Part shown: positions 27,122-37,245 of the stretch, one piece after another | Layout of the letters: each line of letters begins with the position of its first letter | Numbering within the stretch: position 1 is the stretch's first letter | Source of the DNA: Planctomycetota bacterium | GTDB lineage: Bacteria; Planctomycetota; PLA2; JAEUHO01 | DNA: 64,000 bases | Reading direction: 5' to 3' | Assembly: GCA_050248855.1 (NCBI GenBank) | Contig: JBFWRP010000002.1 | Coordinates: 192,001-256,000, forward strand | The notes under the pieces: generated by a model | Databases searched by the model: none | Told to the model about the DNA's origin: nothing | What the model saw: the letters and a program-made list of their open reading frames with translations, nothing else | Position numbers and translations under genes: made by a program

Positions 27122-30100
27122 TTACCGGCCCTTGGCCTCGTCAAGCGCCCGCTCGACCAGCACGACGGCCCGCTCTGCCGCGTGGCGGACGCCCAGGTCG
27201 TCGTCGCTCCGCGCCATGCGCTTCAGGGTGGAGACCACGGACTTGGCCTCGACCCCCATGCGCCCGAAGGCCACGACGACCTCCTTGCGGATGAACGCTT
27301 CGCGGGCCTTCAGCAGCTTCTTGAGCGGCTTGACCGCGGGCTTGCCGATCCCGGCCAGGGCGGACCCGGCTTCGCCGGCGAAGACGAAGCCCATCGGGTC
27401 GGACAGGAGCTCGATCAGGTCGTCGACGGCGTCCTCCGCGTCCGCCCCGACGGCGCCGAGCGCACGGCAGATCATCGCCGTGCGCACGGGATCGCGCGCG
27501 CGCAGCGCCACGCGAAGGCGGGGGACGGCGCCCTTGCCCAGGCGGCCCAGCGTGTCGGGGATCGCCTCGCGGGCCCCCCAGGGGAGGCCCTCGGTGCCGT
27601 AGAGCTCGAGGAGGCGCGGCACGAGGGCGTCGGCTTTCGAGCGGGCATGGCCCAGGGCGGCGATGGCGGGGATCTGTCGGTTCGCGCCCGGCTCTTCGGG
27701 CGCGAACGCCAGGGCGAGGAGCGCGTCGTAGGCCTGCTCGGCGTCGATCGTCCCGATCGCCTGGATGGCGCTTGCGTGCAGCGTGACGTCCTTCTCCTTG
27801 GCGGCCGCCAGCAGGGCAGGCACCGAGCCCTCGGCGGCGGGCCCGAGCTTGCCCAGCGCACGGGCCGCGGCCGTGCGCAGGGCCACGTCGTCGCCGGTGG
27901 CCAGCAGCAGCTCCACGTCGGGGACCAGGGGCTTCATGGGCTCCCCCCCGCTGCCCACGAGCCCGAGGATGGCCATGCGCGTGGACGCCGAGCCCGTCCG
28001 CAGCATCGTGCGCGCTTGGCCCAGCCCCTCGACGGGAAAGGGCGTGAGCAGGGCCGTCGCGCTCTCCCGCTCGGCGAGGTCGGGCGACGTCAGCGCCCCG
28101 AGCAGCGTGTGCACGTAGCGATCCCGCGCCTCCGCAACGAGCGCCAGCAGCGCGCGGGCCCGCGCGGCCCACGCGCGGTCCTTGGACCGGGCTTCCACGG
28201 CCAGACGCGGCGCCGCGCCGACGGCCTCGCCGCCAAGCCGTTCCAGGAGGTCCAACGCAGTGCCGCGATGGCGGGGCGTTCCCAGCAGCCGCGCCAGCGG
28301 CCGGGCGAGGACGGCACCGCGTGGGCCGGCACGGCGTGCGCCCTCCAGCGCGAGCTGCAGGTCATCGCCGCGCGCGCGTTCGAGGGCCTCGCGGACGATC
28401 TCGAGGGCCGGGCCCTCCGCGGGCAGGGCGAGCCCGAGTCGCGCCACCGCGGCCGCCCGGCGCACCGCGAGGTCGGGATCGGTCAGCGCACTCTCGACGG
28501 CTGCCGCGCTTGGCTGCGTGCGCGCCGGATCGCGGCCCAGGGCGCGCAGCGCCACTGCGCGCGCCACGGGATCGTCCGTGGCGAGACACGCCCGCAGGAC
28601 CTCGTCGTTGCCGTGCGGCGCCGCGGGCGAGGCGGCCCAGGCCCGCACGCGCGGCGAGACATCCTGCTGGAGCGCCGCCAGGCGCTCGGCGTGGTCCGCC
28701 GCCCGCGTGGCCAGTCCGCGTGCCGCCGCGGTCCGCACCTGGGGATCGGGATCGGCCACGACCGCTTCGAGCAGCGTCAGCGAGGCGGTCGTCGGCTCGG
28801 GCACGGCGCCCAAGGTCAACAGCGCCTCGTGACGCAGCAGCGCGCTCCCGTCGCGGACGAGGTCGCGCAGCGTCGCCTGGACGCGCTCGTTGCCCTGACC
28901 GAGCTCCGTCAGGGCGCTGGCCGCGCCCAGTCGGACCTCCGGCGCACCCTTCCCCAGCCGCTCGGTCAGCGCGGGCAGTGCATCGAGCAGCTCGAGACGA
29001 GCGACGGCGTCGAGGAGGCGGCGTTCGACGGTCACGTCGTCGATCGGCCGCGAGAGCGCGCGCACGATGTCGGGTCGCTCGGGCTGCAGGGCCCCCACGC
29101 GGAACGGCGCCAGGAGCGACAGGCACGCCATGGCCGTTGCGTAGATGCGCCCGCCGTCGAGGCACCACACACCCACGGCATCCCACGACCCTTGCACGCC
29201 GGCGGGCGATCCGTCCATCCGCTGGGCTTGGATCAGCGCTCCGGCGAGCGCCTGCTCCCACGTGCGCGCCGAGGCTTCGGGAAGCGCCGCCGCGGCGAGC
29301 GCCCCGTAGTACCAGTAGTAGAGATCGATCGTGCCGCCTTCGAGGTCCCAGCGCGGGGGCAGCCCGGCAACGAGCCCGAACGACTTGCGGATGCCCGCGT
29401 CCTCGGGCGAGGCGTCGAGCAGCAAGAGGCGCGTGGCCAGCATGGCCGCCGTCATGGCTTCGCTCAGCTCCCCCGGGAACTTGTCGATCGCCTCTTGGGG
29501 GCGTGCCGGACCCGTGCCGCGCGTGAGGTAGCCCACCCGCCCGGTTTCCGCGTCCGTCACGCGTTCGAGGTAGCGGTCGATGTCGCCGCGCAGCTCGGCG
29601 GGCACGCCGTGGGGCAGGGTGCGCCCCGCCGCGGCCGCGATCACGTCCAGGCGATGCAGGAAGGCGAACGGCATGCACGACGTGCAGGTCGCCGAGGTGT
29701 CGTTGTCACCGGGTCGCACGCCGTAGCGCCAGCCGGCCGCGGGGTTGCGCGCGCGCTCGGAGAACGAGAGGCCCCGTTGGAGGGCCTTCGCGTACGTGGG
29801 GTCGCCCGTGAGGGCCCAGGCCTCGAGCACGGCGGGCAGCGCGAACGCGTGGTTGTAGATGTACTGCTGCGTGGTGCGCGGACCGAAGCAGCCCTCGTCG
29901 TCCTGGGCGGCGACCAGGAAGTCCAAGGCGCGCTTCACGGCGTCGGCGTGCTCGTGCGTCCCCGACGGGTCCACGCCGGCGGCTAGCAGGGCCGCGGTGG
30001 CCAAGCCCGTCACGCCCACTTCGTAGTAGGCCTTGCCCGGTCCGCTCGGTGCGTTCTGCTCGTCGTGCTTGCCGTTGACCCAGCCCAGCTCATGGGGGCG

Positions 30101-30358
30101 CCACGACCCCGTGCTGCCCTGGTGCGTCGCGAGCCACGTCACGGCATGCTGCACGGCCTCGAAGCGCCGCGTGCCCCCCGGCAGGTCCTGCCACGAGGCC
30201 GCCACCTCCGGCACACCGAAGGGGAACAGGTCCCCCAAGCCCTCTGCGGTCGGCGCGCGCGCGGCCGCCTCCTTGGCGTCTGCGGACGGGCCGCCGGCCA
30301 CGATCAGCGCGAAGCACAGGGCCAGGAGTCGGCCTCCCGGCGCGCGCCGGGCCTGCAT
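27122..30358 (-). CDS. Exported prenyltransferase/squalene-cyclase-like repeat protein fused to HEAT repeats
   Basis: WLATHQ.STGSW, YNHAFA, GWRY..RPGDNDTS, YYWYYG, GGRIYATAM, followed by many HEAT-like repeats. Confidence 0.8.
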   Translation of the reverse strand: MQARRAPGGRLLALCFALIVAGGPSADAKEAAARAPTAEGLGDLFPFGVPEVAASWQDLPGGTRRFEAVQHAVTWLATHQGSTGSWRPHELGWVNGKHDEQNAPSGPGKAYYEVGVTGLATAALLAAGVDPSGTHEHADAVKRALDFLVAAQDDEGCFGPRTTQQYIYNHAFALPAVLEAWALTGDPTYAKALQRGLSFSERARNPAAGWRYGVRPGDNDTSATCTSCMPFAFLHRLDVIAAAAGRTLPHGVPAELRGDIDRYLERVTDAETGRVGYLTRGTGPARPQEAIDKFPGELSEAMTAAMLATRLLLLDASPEDAGIRKSFGLVAGLPPRWDLEGGTIDLYYWYYGALAAAALPEASARTWEQALAGALIQAQRMDGSPAGVQGSWDAVGVWCLDGGRIYATAMACLSLLAPFRVGALQPERPDIVRALSRPIDDVTVERRLLDAVARLELLDALPALTERLGKGAPEVRLGAASALTELGQGNERVQATLRDLVRDGSALLRHEALLTLGAVPEPTTASLTLLEAVVADPDPQVRTAAARGLATRAADHAERLAALQQDVSPRVRAWAASPAAPHGNDEVLRACLATDDPVARAVALRALGRDPARTQPSAAAVESALTDPDLAVRRAAAVARLGLALPAEGPALEIVREALERARGDDLQLALEGARRAGPRGAVLARPLARLLGTPRHRGTALDLLERLGGEAVGAAPRLAVEARSKDRAWAARARALLALVAEARDRYVHTLLGALTSPDLAERESATALLTPFPVEGLGQARTMLRTGSASTRMAILGLVGSGGEPMKPLVPDVELLLATGDDVALRTAAARALGKLGPAAEGSVPALLAAAKEKDVTLHASAIQAIGTIDAEQAYDALLALAFAPEEPGANRQIPAIAALGHARSKADALVPRLLELYGTEGLPWGAREAIPDTLGRLGKGAVPRLRVALRARDPVRTAMICRALGAVGADAEDAVDDLIELLSDPMGFVFAGEAGSALAGIGKPAVKPLKKLLKAREAFIRKEVVVAFGRMGVEAKSVVSTLKRMARSDDDLGVRHAAERAVVLVERALDEAKGR

Positions 30359-30455
30359 GTGGTTTCGTCCCACGGGTTTCTCCCTCCCGTTGGCGGCTGC
30401 GGCCTGCCTCGTGCCAGTCTCCACGAAAGGCGGGGCCTTGCGGTACAGGGTAGCC

Positions 30456-31946
30456 ATGTGGCGCCGACCTTGGCTTTCCGCCCTGCTCTCGAGCCTCGTG
30501 CTGGCACTTCCCGCGGGTGCGGGCGAGCCCGACCCGACACCGCTGCTGGTCAACCCGGACCTGGTCCGCTGGCTCGGCGATCGACCCGAGGGCTGGTCGG
30601 TCACGCCCGGCGCCATGCGTTCGGCCGACGGGCCCGAGGCGACGCTCGCCGAGCTCGACGGTGGGGGGCTGGCGCTGGAGGGCGTCGACGCCACGCACCG
30701 CTGGCCGCTCCTGGCCCAGCGGGTCGCGATGGCGCCGTCGAGCACCGTCGAGGCCTCGTTCGATGTCCGTCTCGCCCGGCTCGGCGACGGCAGCGCCGAC
30801 TTCGCCAGCCACTACGTCGCCGTGCTCGCGTTGGATGCGTCGGGCAAGGTGCTCGCCACGGCGCTGCGCGACGTCTGGGCCGAGGACTTCGTCACGGAGC
30901 GCCTGGTCCTGCGCTGCCCCGCGGACACGACCCAGGTCGAGCTGCGCATCTTCCTCTCGCGCGTCGGGCGCCTCGAGGTCAAGCGCGTGCGTTTGCGGCG
31001 GCTCGCGCCCGCCGACAGCCTGGAGGTCCTGGCCGGCGCCGTGGCGCGGCTGCATCCGGGCGTGGCCGACGAGGACGTGCGCTGGGACGCGCGCGTCGCG
31101 CTGGTGGGCCTGGGCCCGGCCGCGATCGCCGAAGCCGAGACCTTCCTCCCCGCGGCGATCGCGTTGCTGGGCGCGCTGCGCGACGAGCACGTCGTGGTGG
31201 TGGGTCGCGACGGCCGTCGACACCCGACCTTCGCCAAGCCGATCGAGGTCGGCTTCTCGTTTCCCGCGGTGCGCGCCGCGCTCGAGTCCTTCGAGGTCGA
31301 GCCCTCCGTCCTGCTGTCTGGCACGACGCCCGACGGGCTCGCCTACGTGCTGGTCGACAGCCTGCCGTCCGACGCGCGCCGCGCCGACAAGCTGGAGAAG
31401 GCGGCGCGCAATGCCGTGGCGGCCCCAGGGCTCCTCGTGGACTTGCGCACCTGCTCGGGGGGCGACGAGCAGGTCGCGCAGCGCATGGTGCGGTGGTGGG
31501 CTGACCGGGACCGTGTGTACGCGCGCACGGAGACGCGCTCCGGCCCGGACCCCACGTCGTTCGTCGAGGTCGAACCGCGTCGCATCGGGCCTCCCGACGG
31601 CTACGCCCACGACAAGCCGATCGTCGTGCTCCTGGGCCCGGGCTGCGTCAGCAGTGGGGAGGGCCTGGCGCTCATGCTGCGCAGCTTGCCGCACGCCAAG
31701 CTGGTCGGTCGCTTCACGCGCGGCAGCAGCGGCAACCCCCAGCCGATCCCCTTGCCCAACGGGCTCACGGTGCTGTGCTCGACGTGGCGCACGCGCTTGC
31801 CCGACGGCGCGTTCCTGGAGGACGTGGGGGTGCCGCCGGACGTGCGTGTGGAGGGCCTGCCCACGCCCGACGGCCGCGATCCGCAGCTGGAAGCGGCGCT
31901 CGTGGCCCTGCGTCAGCTCGTCGCGGAGCGCGCGGCGAAGAAGTAG
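30456..31946 (+). CDS. S41 family peptidase with N-terminal beta-sandwich (CBM-like) domain
   Basis: Signal peptide; VDLRTCSGG, CVSSGEG, TRGSSGNP, EDVGVPPDV. Confidence 0.85.
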   Translation: MWRRPWLSALLSSLVLALPAGAGEPDPTPLLVNPDLVRWLGDRPEGWSVTPGAMRSADGPEATLAELDGGGLALEGVDATHRWPLLAQRVAMAPSSTVEASFDVRLARLGDGSADFASHYVAVLALDASGKVLATALRDVWAEDFVTERLVLRCPADTTQVELRIFLSRVGRLEVKRVRLRRLAPADSLEVLAGAVARLHPGVADEDVRWDARVALVGLGPAAIAEAETFLPAAIALLGALRDEHVVVVGRDGRRHPTFAKPIEVGFSFPAVRAALESFEVEPSVLLSGTTPDGLAYVLVDSLPSDARRADKLEKAARNAVAAPGLLVDLRTCSGGDEQVAQRMVRWWADRDRVYARTETRSGPDPTSFVEVEPRRIGPPDGYAHDKPIVVLLGPGCVSSGEGLALMLRSLPHAKLVGRFTRGSSGNPQPIPLPNGLTVLCSTWRTRLPDGAFLEDVGVPPDVRVEGLPTPDGRDPQLEAALVALRQLVAERAAKK

Positions 31947-31954
31947 CTCCGCGC

Positions 31955-34192
31955 CTACTTGGCATCCAGGACGAGCGTTCCATCCCACGGCGTAGGGCGG
32001 CGCCCCGCGTCCAGCTCGTCGAGCAAGCGCACGAGCCACGCGGCGGCCGCGTCGTCAGGATGACGCTCGCGCAGCGCCGCCAGCGTGGCGCGGGCCTCGT
32101 CGCGGCGGTCTTCGCGGACCAGGCGCGTGGCCTCGTCGAAGCGCGCCACACGGTCTTCGGCCGCTGCGTCACCCGGCTCGCCCACGAGCTCGTACACGGG
32201 CAGCGGCTTCTCCTGGCCCACGACGACGACGTCGGCGAGGTGCCGCGCCACGATCGCCTCGCGGGCCTCCTGGTACGTGGCATCGCCCAGCAGGCACGTC
32301 GTGCCGAAGGCCTTGTTGGCGCCCTCCAGGCGGCTGGCCAGGTTCACGGTGTCGCCGATGCACGTGTAGTCCTGGCGGTCGTTGCTGCCCATGTTGCCCA
32401 CCACGGCCGGCCCCGTGTGGATGCCGATGCGGGCGTGGAAGCCTTCGAGGCCGTACCGCGTGGCGTAGGCCTCGATGTCCGGCATGCCGCGCACGACGGC
32501 CAGCGCCGTGCGGCAAGCGCGTGCCGCCTGGTCGGACTGCTCCAGCGGGTCGCCCCAGAACGCCATCACCGCATCGCCGATGAACTTGTCGACCACGCCG
32601 CCCTCGGCCAGCACGGCGCCAGCGTGCATGGAGAGGTAGCGGTTGAGCAAGTCCACGACCTGGTCGGGCTCCATCCTGCGCGCCATGGTCGTGAACCCGG
32701 CCAGGTCGCTGAACAGCAGCGTCAAGCGGCGACGTCGGCCGCCCAGCTTGATCAGCGACGGATCGCGACCGAGCGCCTGGATCACCGACGGCGCGAGATA
32801 GCGCCCGAACGTGCCCTTGAGCCACCGGTTGGCCCGCGTGCGCTTGACGAGCGTCACCGCACCGTGGCCGACGGCCGTGAGCAGCACGGCCACGGCCGGC
32901 ATCGCGGCCGCGATGACGTGGCCGTTCTCGTGACCCCACCAGGGAAGGGCTTGGCTCACGGCCACCAAGATGCCCGTCGCCACGAGTCCCCGGAGCAGGG
33001 ACGCGTGTCCGGCGAGCAGGAGACCCAGCAGCAAGGCCAATCCAGCGGTGAAGGCGACATCGACGCCGAAGGGAACACGAATCCGTTGCGTGCCCGTGCG
33101 CAGGGCCTTGATGGCATGTGCGTGCAGCTCAGGGCCCTCGATGGTGCCGGCGGCCGTAGGCACGATGTCCTTGATGCCCGCCATGTTGACACCCAAGATC
33201 ACGATGCGCCCCGCGAGGGCTTCACGCGCCTCGGCCGGCGCTTCTCCGCTCGCAGCGGCCTGGGCCCAGTCGATGAGCTGGCGTGCGCTCACCGTGGGGA
33301 ACGGTGAGGTGCCGCCGGGGCGCGCGATCGGTACGTGGTAGGCGCCATCGTGGGCCAAGCGCACATGGCGAGAGCCTGACAACACGCCGTCGGGCGCGCG
33401 TCGCAAGGTCGCGCCGTCCGCTGCCGCGACCGCCGCCAGCGCCAGCGAGGGCACCACGCGCTCCCGCCAGAGCGCCAACGCGTGCAGGCGCCGCAGGACG
33501 CCATCCTCGTCTGCGTCGATGTTGGGGAAGCCGAACGCTCCGGCGCCCTCACCCACGCGAAGCACGGGAAGGCGGGCGAAGGGACGGGCGTACGCGTCGG
33601 GCGCCACGGGGCCAGCGAGGTCCGGCAGCTTGGCGACGACCGCCTCGCGCCGCGCAGGCGCCTCGTAGCCGTTGTCGGCCTGCGCGAGCTCCATGGCGAC
33701 GACGCATCGTGGCCCGAGTGCGGCCAGGGCGTCGCGGTAGGGGTCGGCCTCCATCTGCGCGATCTCGAGCGACTTGACGAGCGTCTCGCGTTCGCCGGGA
33801 GCGATGCCATCGAAGGAGCCAGCGCGGACGTCCTCGGGTCCGGCCCCGCGGTCCAAGTGCAGGATGTCCACGACCAAGGCCGCGGCCCCTGCCTTGCGCA
33901 CGGCATCGACCAGGTAGACGTTGACGTCGAGCGGCCAGGGCCAGGAGATGCCGTGGGCGGCACGCAGGCTCTCGACGTCGGCGTCACCGATCTGCACGAG
34001 GACGATGTCCTCGGCGCCGGCCGTCGAAGCGCGCACGAGGTGACGATCGAGGATGGCGCGCTCCAGGGCACGCCCCGGCCCCGTGCGCGACAGGCCGACC
34101 GCCAGCAGCGTGGCGGCGGCGCCCAACAGCAGGCCCGTCCTGACGCGGCGCCCGAGGCTCGCGTCTTCGAGGGGGGAGTCGCCGCGGGTCAA
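31955..34192 (-). CDS. CHASE2-domain class III adenylate cyclase with C-terminal TPR-like helices
   Basis: WPWP, DADEDGVLRR, GPELHA; LFSDLAGFT, DKFIGDAVMAFWG, GDTVNLASRLEGANK. Confidence 0.95.
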   Translation of the reverse strand: MTRGDSPLEDASLGRRVRTGLLLGAAATLLAVGLSRTGPGRALERAILDRHLVRASTAGAEDIVLVQIGDADVESLRAAHGISWPWPLDVNVYLVDAVRKAGAAALVVDILHLDRGAGPEDVRAGSFDGIAPGERETLVKSLEIAQMEADPYRDALAALGPRCVVAMELAQADNGYEAPARREAVVAKLPDLAGPVAPDAYARPFARLPVLRVGEGAGAFGFPNIDADEDGVLRRLHALALWRERVVPSLALAAVAAADGATLRRAPDGVLSGSRHVRLAHDGAYHVPIARPGGTSPFPTVSARQLIDWAQAAASGEAPAEAREALAGRIVILGVNMAGIKDIVPTAAGTIEGPELHAHAIKALRTGTQRIRVPFGVDVAFTAGLALLLGLLLAGHASLLRGLVATGILVAVSQALPWWGHENGHVIAAAMPAVAVLLTAVGHGAVTLVKRTRANRWLKGTFGRYLAPSVIQALGRDPSLIKLGGRRRRLTLLFSDLAGFTTMARRMEPDQVVDLLNRYLSMHAGAVLAEGGVVDKFIGDAVMAFWGDPLEQSDQAARACRTALAVVRGMPDIEAYATRYGLEGFHARIGIHTGPAVVGNMGSNDRQDYTCIGDTVNLASRLEGANKAFGTTCLLGDATYQEAREAIVARHLADVVVVGQEKPLPVYELVGEPGDAAAEDRVARFDEATRLVREDRRDEARATLAALRERHPDDAAAAWLVRLLDELDAGRRPTPWDGTLVLDAK

Positions 34193-34237
34193 GCCCGAGG
34201 CTGCCAGGGACAGGTCCCGCCGGGGGCCAAGCGACGC

Positions 34238-35728
34238 CTAGCGGGGAACGGCCGGAGCGCGACGCATCCATGTGGCGAAGCGCTCGTCGCGTAGCGCGCG
34301 CGCCTCCGCGGGGACGCGGAACTGCGCGACCTGGGCGAGGGCGCGCGACAGGTGGCCGGCGCGGGCGGTCGGCGAGTCGTGCGTATGGCTACCGTGACCG
34401 CCGTGCGTGCCCTGGTTGCGCGCCAAGAGACCCTGCAGCGCCGTCGGCTCGTACATCACGTCGGCGAGCAGGAAGGTGCCCTCCATGTCGGCCTCCAGCT
34501 CGAGGTTCTTGCCGTAGCTGGCCTCCATCGCGTTGCGCGCGGCCTCGCCGGCAGCCTTGTCGAACATGTCGAGCAGCGGGCCCAACGCGCGCTCGTCGTC
34601 GAGCCCGAAGCCCGCAGCCGCCGTGCGACCGAACATCTGCAGCTGGGCCTGGAAGGTCTTGCTCTCGCGCAGCGTCTTCTCGCCGTGCTGGCGCGTGACG
34701 TGAGCCAGCTCATGGCAGAGCACGGCGGCCAGCTCGTCTTCGCTGGCGCAGGCCTCGACGGCGCCGCGCGTGATCAGGACGAAGCCGCCGGGTCCGCTGA
34801 TGGCGTTGACGGCATCGCTGTCGAGGACCTCGAAGTGGTAGCCCCCGCGGTTGGCCGGAACCCGCGTGGAGGCGCGGATGACCGCTTCGCCGATCAAGCG
34901 GACGTACTGGCGACGCTGGGCATCGGGATCCACGCCAAACCGCGCGATGGCCGTGGCCGCGACCGCACGGCCCAGGTAGTACTCCTGATCCGGCGTGAAC
35001 TTCTTGGACATCTCTTCGTGATAGGCGCCGAGCTCCCCGACGAAGGTCTCGGCGGCATCCAGGACGTTGTCATCGATGTCGCCGCCGATCTTGTCGCGCA
35101 GGAAGTCGCCAAGCGCCCCGCCGACCTTCTTGCGGACCCTGTCGCGCTTGCGCTCCCGCGCCTTCGGGCGCGGCGACGGCGGAAGGCGGGCCGGTCGGGC
35201 CCAGTCGGTGCCGCGACGTCCGAGGCGTCCCTCGATGATGAACGCAATGGCATCCGCCGGTTCGAGCGCGGCGGTCTCCTGCTCCAGGGCGTCGACCATC
35301 CGATACGCCGACTCGAGGTCGGTATGGCGCCGGCGGTAGCCGCGCTCCACGTCCGCATCGAACTGGCGTCCGACAGCGCTCACGTCCCGCTGGTTGACGC
35401 CCCCGCCGCCTTGCGCCGCGAGCGGCGGGGCGTTGCCGCCGAGCGCGGCGGGCTCGATCGTGTCGAGCGCCATCAGCCAGCCCTGGCCCCCAGGCGCCTG
35501 CACGCGCAGCCACGGCAGGCGCACTTCGAGCACCTGCACGTTGCTGCCCACGGGCAGCGTGGCGACGAGCGCGCTGAGGCTGCCGGGCGCCTGGCGCAGC
35601 GCCGTGCCCTGCTTGTTCCACGTGCGGCGCGTCTGGCCGACTTGGGCGTCGACGGGGGCGGCGGCGGCGGGGAGCGCCGCGAGGCCCGTGAGCAGGGCGA
35701 GAGCGAGGGCCAGGGATCGTGCGCGCAT
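34238..35728 (-). CDS. SH3-like domain fused to M48 family metallopeptidase, exported
   Basis: LRQAPG...WLRVQ..GQGW; QEYYLGRAVAA, NAISGPGG, EDELAAVLCHELAH, ELEAD. Confidence 0.87.
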   Translation of the reverse strand: MRARSLALALALLTGLAALPAAAAPVDAQVGQTRRTWNKQGTALRQAPGSLSALVATLPVGSNVQVLEVRLPWLRVQAPGGQGWLMALDTIEPAALGGNAPPLAAQGGGGVNQRDVSAVGRQFDADVERGYRRRHTDLESAYRMVDALEQETAALEPADAIAFIIEGRLGRRGTDWARPARLPPSPRPKARERKRDRVRKKVGGALGDFLRDKIGGDIDDNVLDAAETFVGELGAYHEEMSKKFTPDQEYYLGRAVAATAIARFGVDPDAQRRQYVRLIGEAVIRASTRVPANRGGYHFEVLDSDAVNAISGPGGFVLITRGAVEACASEDELAAVLCHELAHVTRQHGEKTLRESKTFQAQLQMFGRTAAAGFGLDDERALGPLLDMFDKAAGEAARNAMEASYGKNLELEADMEGTFLLADVMYEPTALQGLLARNQGTHGGHGSHTHDSPTARAGHLSRALAQVAQFRVPAEARALRDERFATWMRRAPAVPR

Positions 35729-35875
35729 GGGAGGGCTCCGGTGCCGGGAGGGGCCGGGTGAGGCACCAGGGTACCCGTGCTCGGCGCGAGGGTTGCGCTC
35801 CAGGGCGGGGGGTCGCGCGCAGGCCCGGAACACCGGCGCAGAGCGGTAAAGTGCATACACGGCAAGGAGGCTGAC

Positions 35876-36832
35876 ATGAGGACCGAGATGCGCTTTCGCT
35901 CGTTGGGCCATTGTGGGACGAAAGTCAGCGAGTACGGCCTCGGCGGGTGGACCACCTTCGGCGGGTCCATCCCCGACGAGGACGAGACGCGAGGGATCCT
36001 GCACGCGGCGTTCGATGCCGGCGTCAACTTCTTCGATATCGCCGACGTCTACGCGCGGGGCGCGGCCGAGCGCGTCATGGGCAAGGCCCTGGGGCAGCTG
36101 CCGCGCCACGAGCTGGTGATCAGCTCCAAGCTGTTCTGGCCCATGAGCGACGACGTCAACGACCGCGGTCTCTCGCGCAAGCACATCATGGAGTCCGTCG
36201 ATGCGAGCTTGAAGCGCATCGGCACGGACTACCTGGACATCTACTTCTGCCACCGCTACGACCCCGAGACGCCGCTCGAGGAGACCGTGCGGGCGATGGA
36301 TGACCTGGTGCGGAGAGGCAAGGTCCTCTACTGGGGGACCAGCGAGTGGACCGGGGGCCAGATGCGCGAGGCGCACGCGCTGGCCCGCCAGCACCTGGCC
36401 TACGGGCCGCAGGTGGAGCAGCCGCAGTACAGCCTCTTGGTGCGCGACAAGGTCGAGGGGGACGTGCGGCCCGCGGCGCACGACCTCGGCATGGGCTTGG
36501 TCGTGTGGAGCCCCCTGGCCTCGGGCCTCCTCACCGGCAAGTACGACGACGGCGTTCCGGAGGGGTCGCGCCTCGCCCGCATCGACTGGCTCCGCGAGCA
36601 GCTGCTGCATGACGAGCGCGTCGAGAAGGTGCGCGCCATGAAGGCCGTGGCCGACGACCTCGGCGCAAGCCGCACCCAGCTGGCCCTGGCCTGGGTCGCC
36701 GCCCAGCCCGGCATCAGCAGCGTCATCCTCGGCGCCACGTCCGTCGACCAGCTTGCCGAGAACCTCGGTGCCCTGAAGGTCGACATCGACGACAGCACCT
36801 CGGCCCGCCTCCACGACATCTTCACGCCCTGA
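35876..36832 (+). CDS. Aldo/keto reductase (Kv-beta-like)
   Basis: AAGGAGG RBS; FDIADVY, GLSRKHIMES, YWGTSEW, WSPLASGLLTGKY. Confidence 0.95.
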   Translation: MRTEMRFRSLGHCGTKVSEYGLGGWTTFGGSIPDEDETRGILHAAFDAGVNFFDIADVYARGAAERVMGKALGQLPRHELVISSKLFWPMSDDVNDRGLSRKHIMESVDASLKRIGTDYLDIYFCHRYDPETPLEETVRAMDDLVRRGKVLYWGTSEWTGGQMREAHALARQHLAYGPQVEQPQYSLLVRDKVEGDVRPAAHDLGMGLVVWSPLASGLLTGKYDDGVPEGSRLARIDWLREQLLHDERVEKVRAMKAVADDLGASRTQLALAWVAAQPGISSVILGATSVDQLAENLGALKVDIDDSTSARLHDIFTP

Positions 36833-36953
36833 GTCGCGGGGCTCGCGACGGCCGCACACCGGGGGTCAGCTTCCTGTCTTCCGAGGTCCCCGTGGCTCGA
36901 GGTCCGTGGGTCAGGCGGTGGACTGTCGTTCGCGGTTCCCGTAGATCGCGTAC

Positions 36954-37043
36954 GGAGCCCGGTGAGATTCCAACTTCACGCCGGGACATGCACCGAGGTG
37001 TCCGAGCCGCAGGCAGCGTGAAGTAGGAATCTCACCCGGCTCC
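36954..37043. repeat. 27-bp imperfect inverted repeat (MITE/REP-like hairpin)
   Basis: GGAGCCCGGTGAGATTCCAACTTCACG / CGTGAAGTAGGAATCTCACCCGGCTCC, two mismatches. Confidence 0.85.
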
Positions 37044-37102
37044 TCCGCGACCCCACGCCCCGCCAGCCGCGATCGCCGCTGGGCTCAGGCACCGTCCGCG
37101 CG

Positions 37103-37216
37103 GCATCGGGTCGCCAGGGCGACGGTAGCGCGCCGCCATCGGCGACGACTCGTGGTCTGTTCACTCGAGGAGCCGATGGCGGTGCGGGACCGAGCATCTG
37201 GCGAGCCGTTCGTACG
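37103..37216 (+). repeat. Dispersed structured repeat, copy B
   Basis: Same 32-nt core; stem GCGCCGCCATCGGC / GCCGATGGCGGTGC. Confidence 0.92.
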
Positions 37217-37245
37217 ACGGCACAGGCGGCTCGCGAATCCCACCA

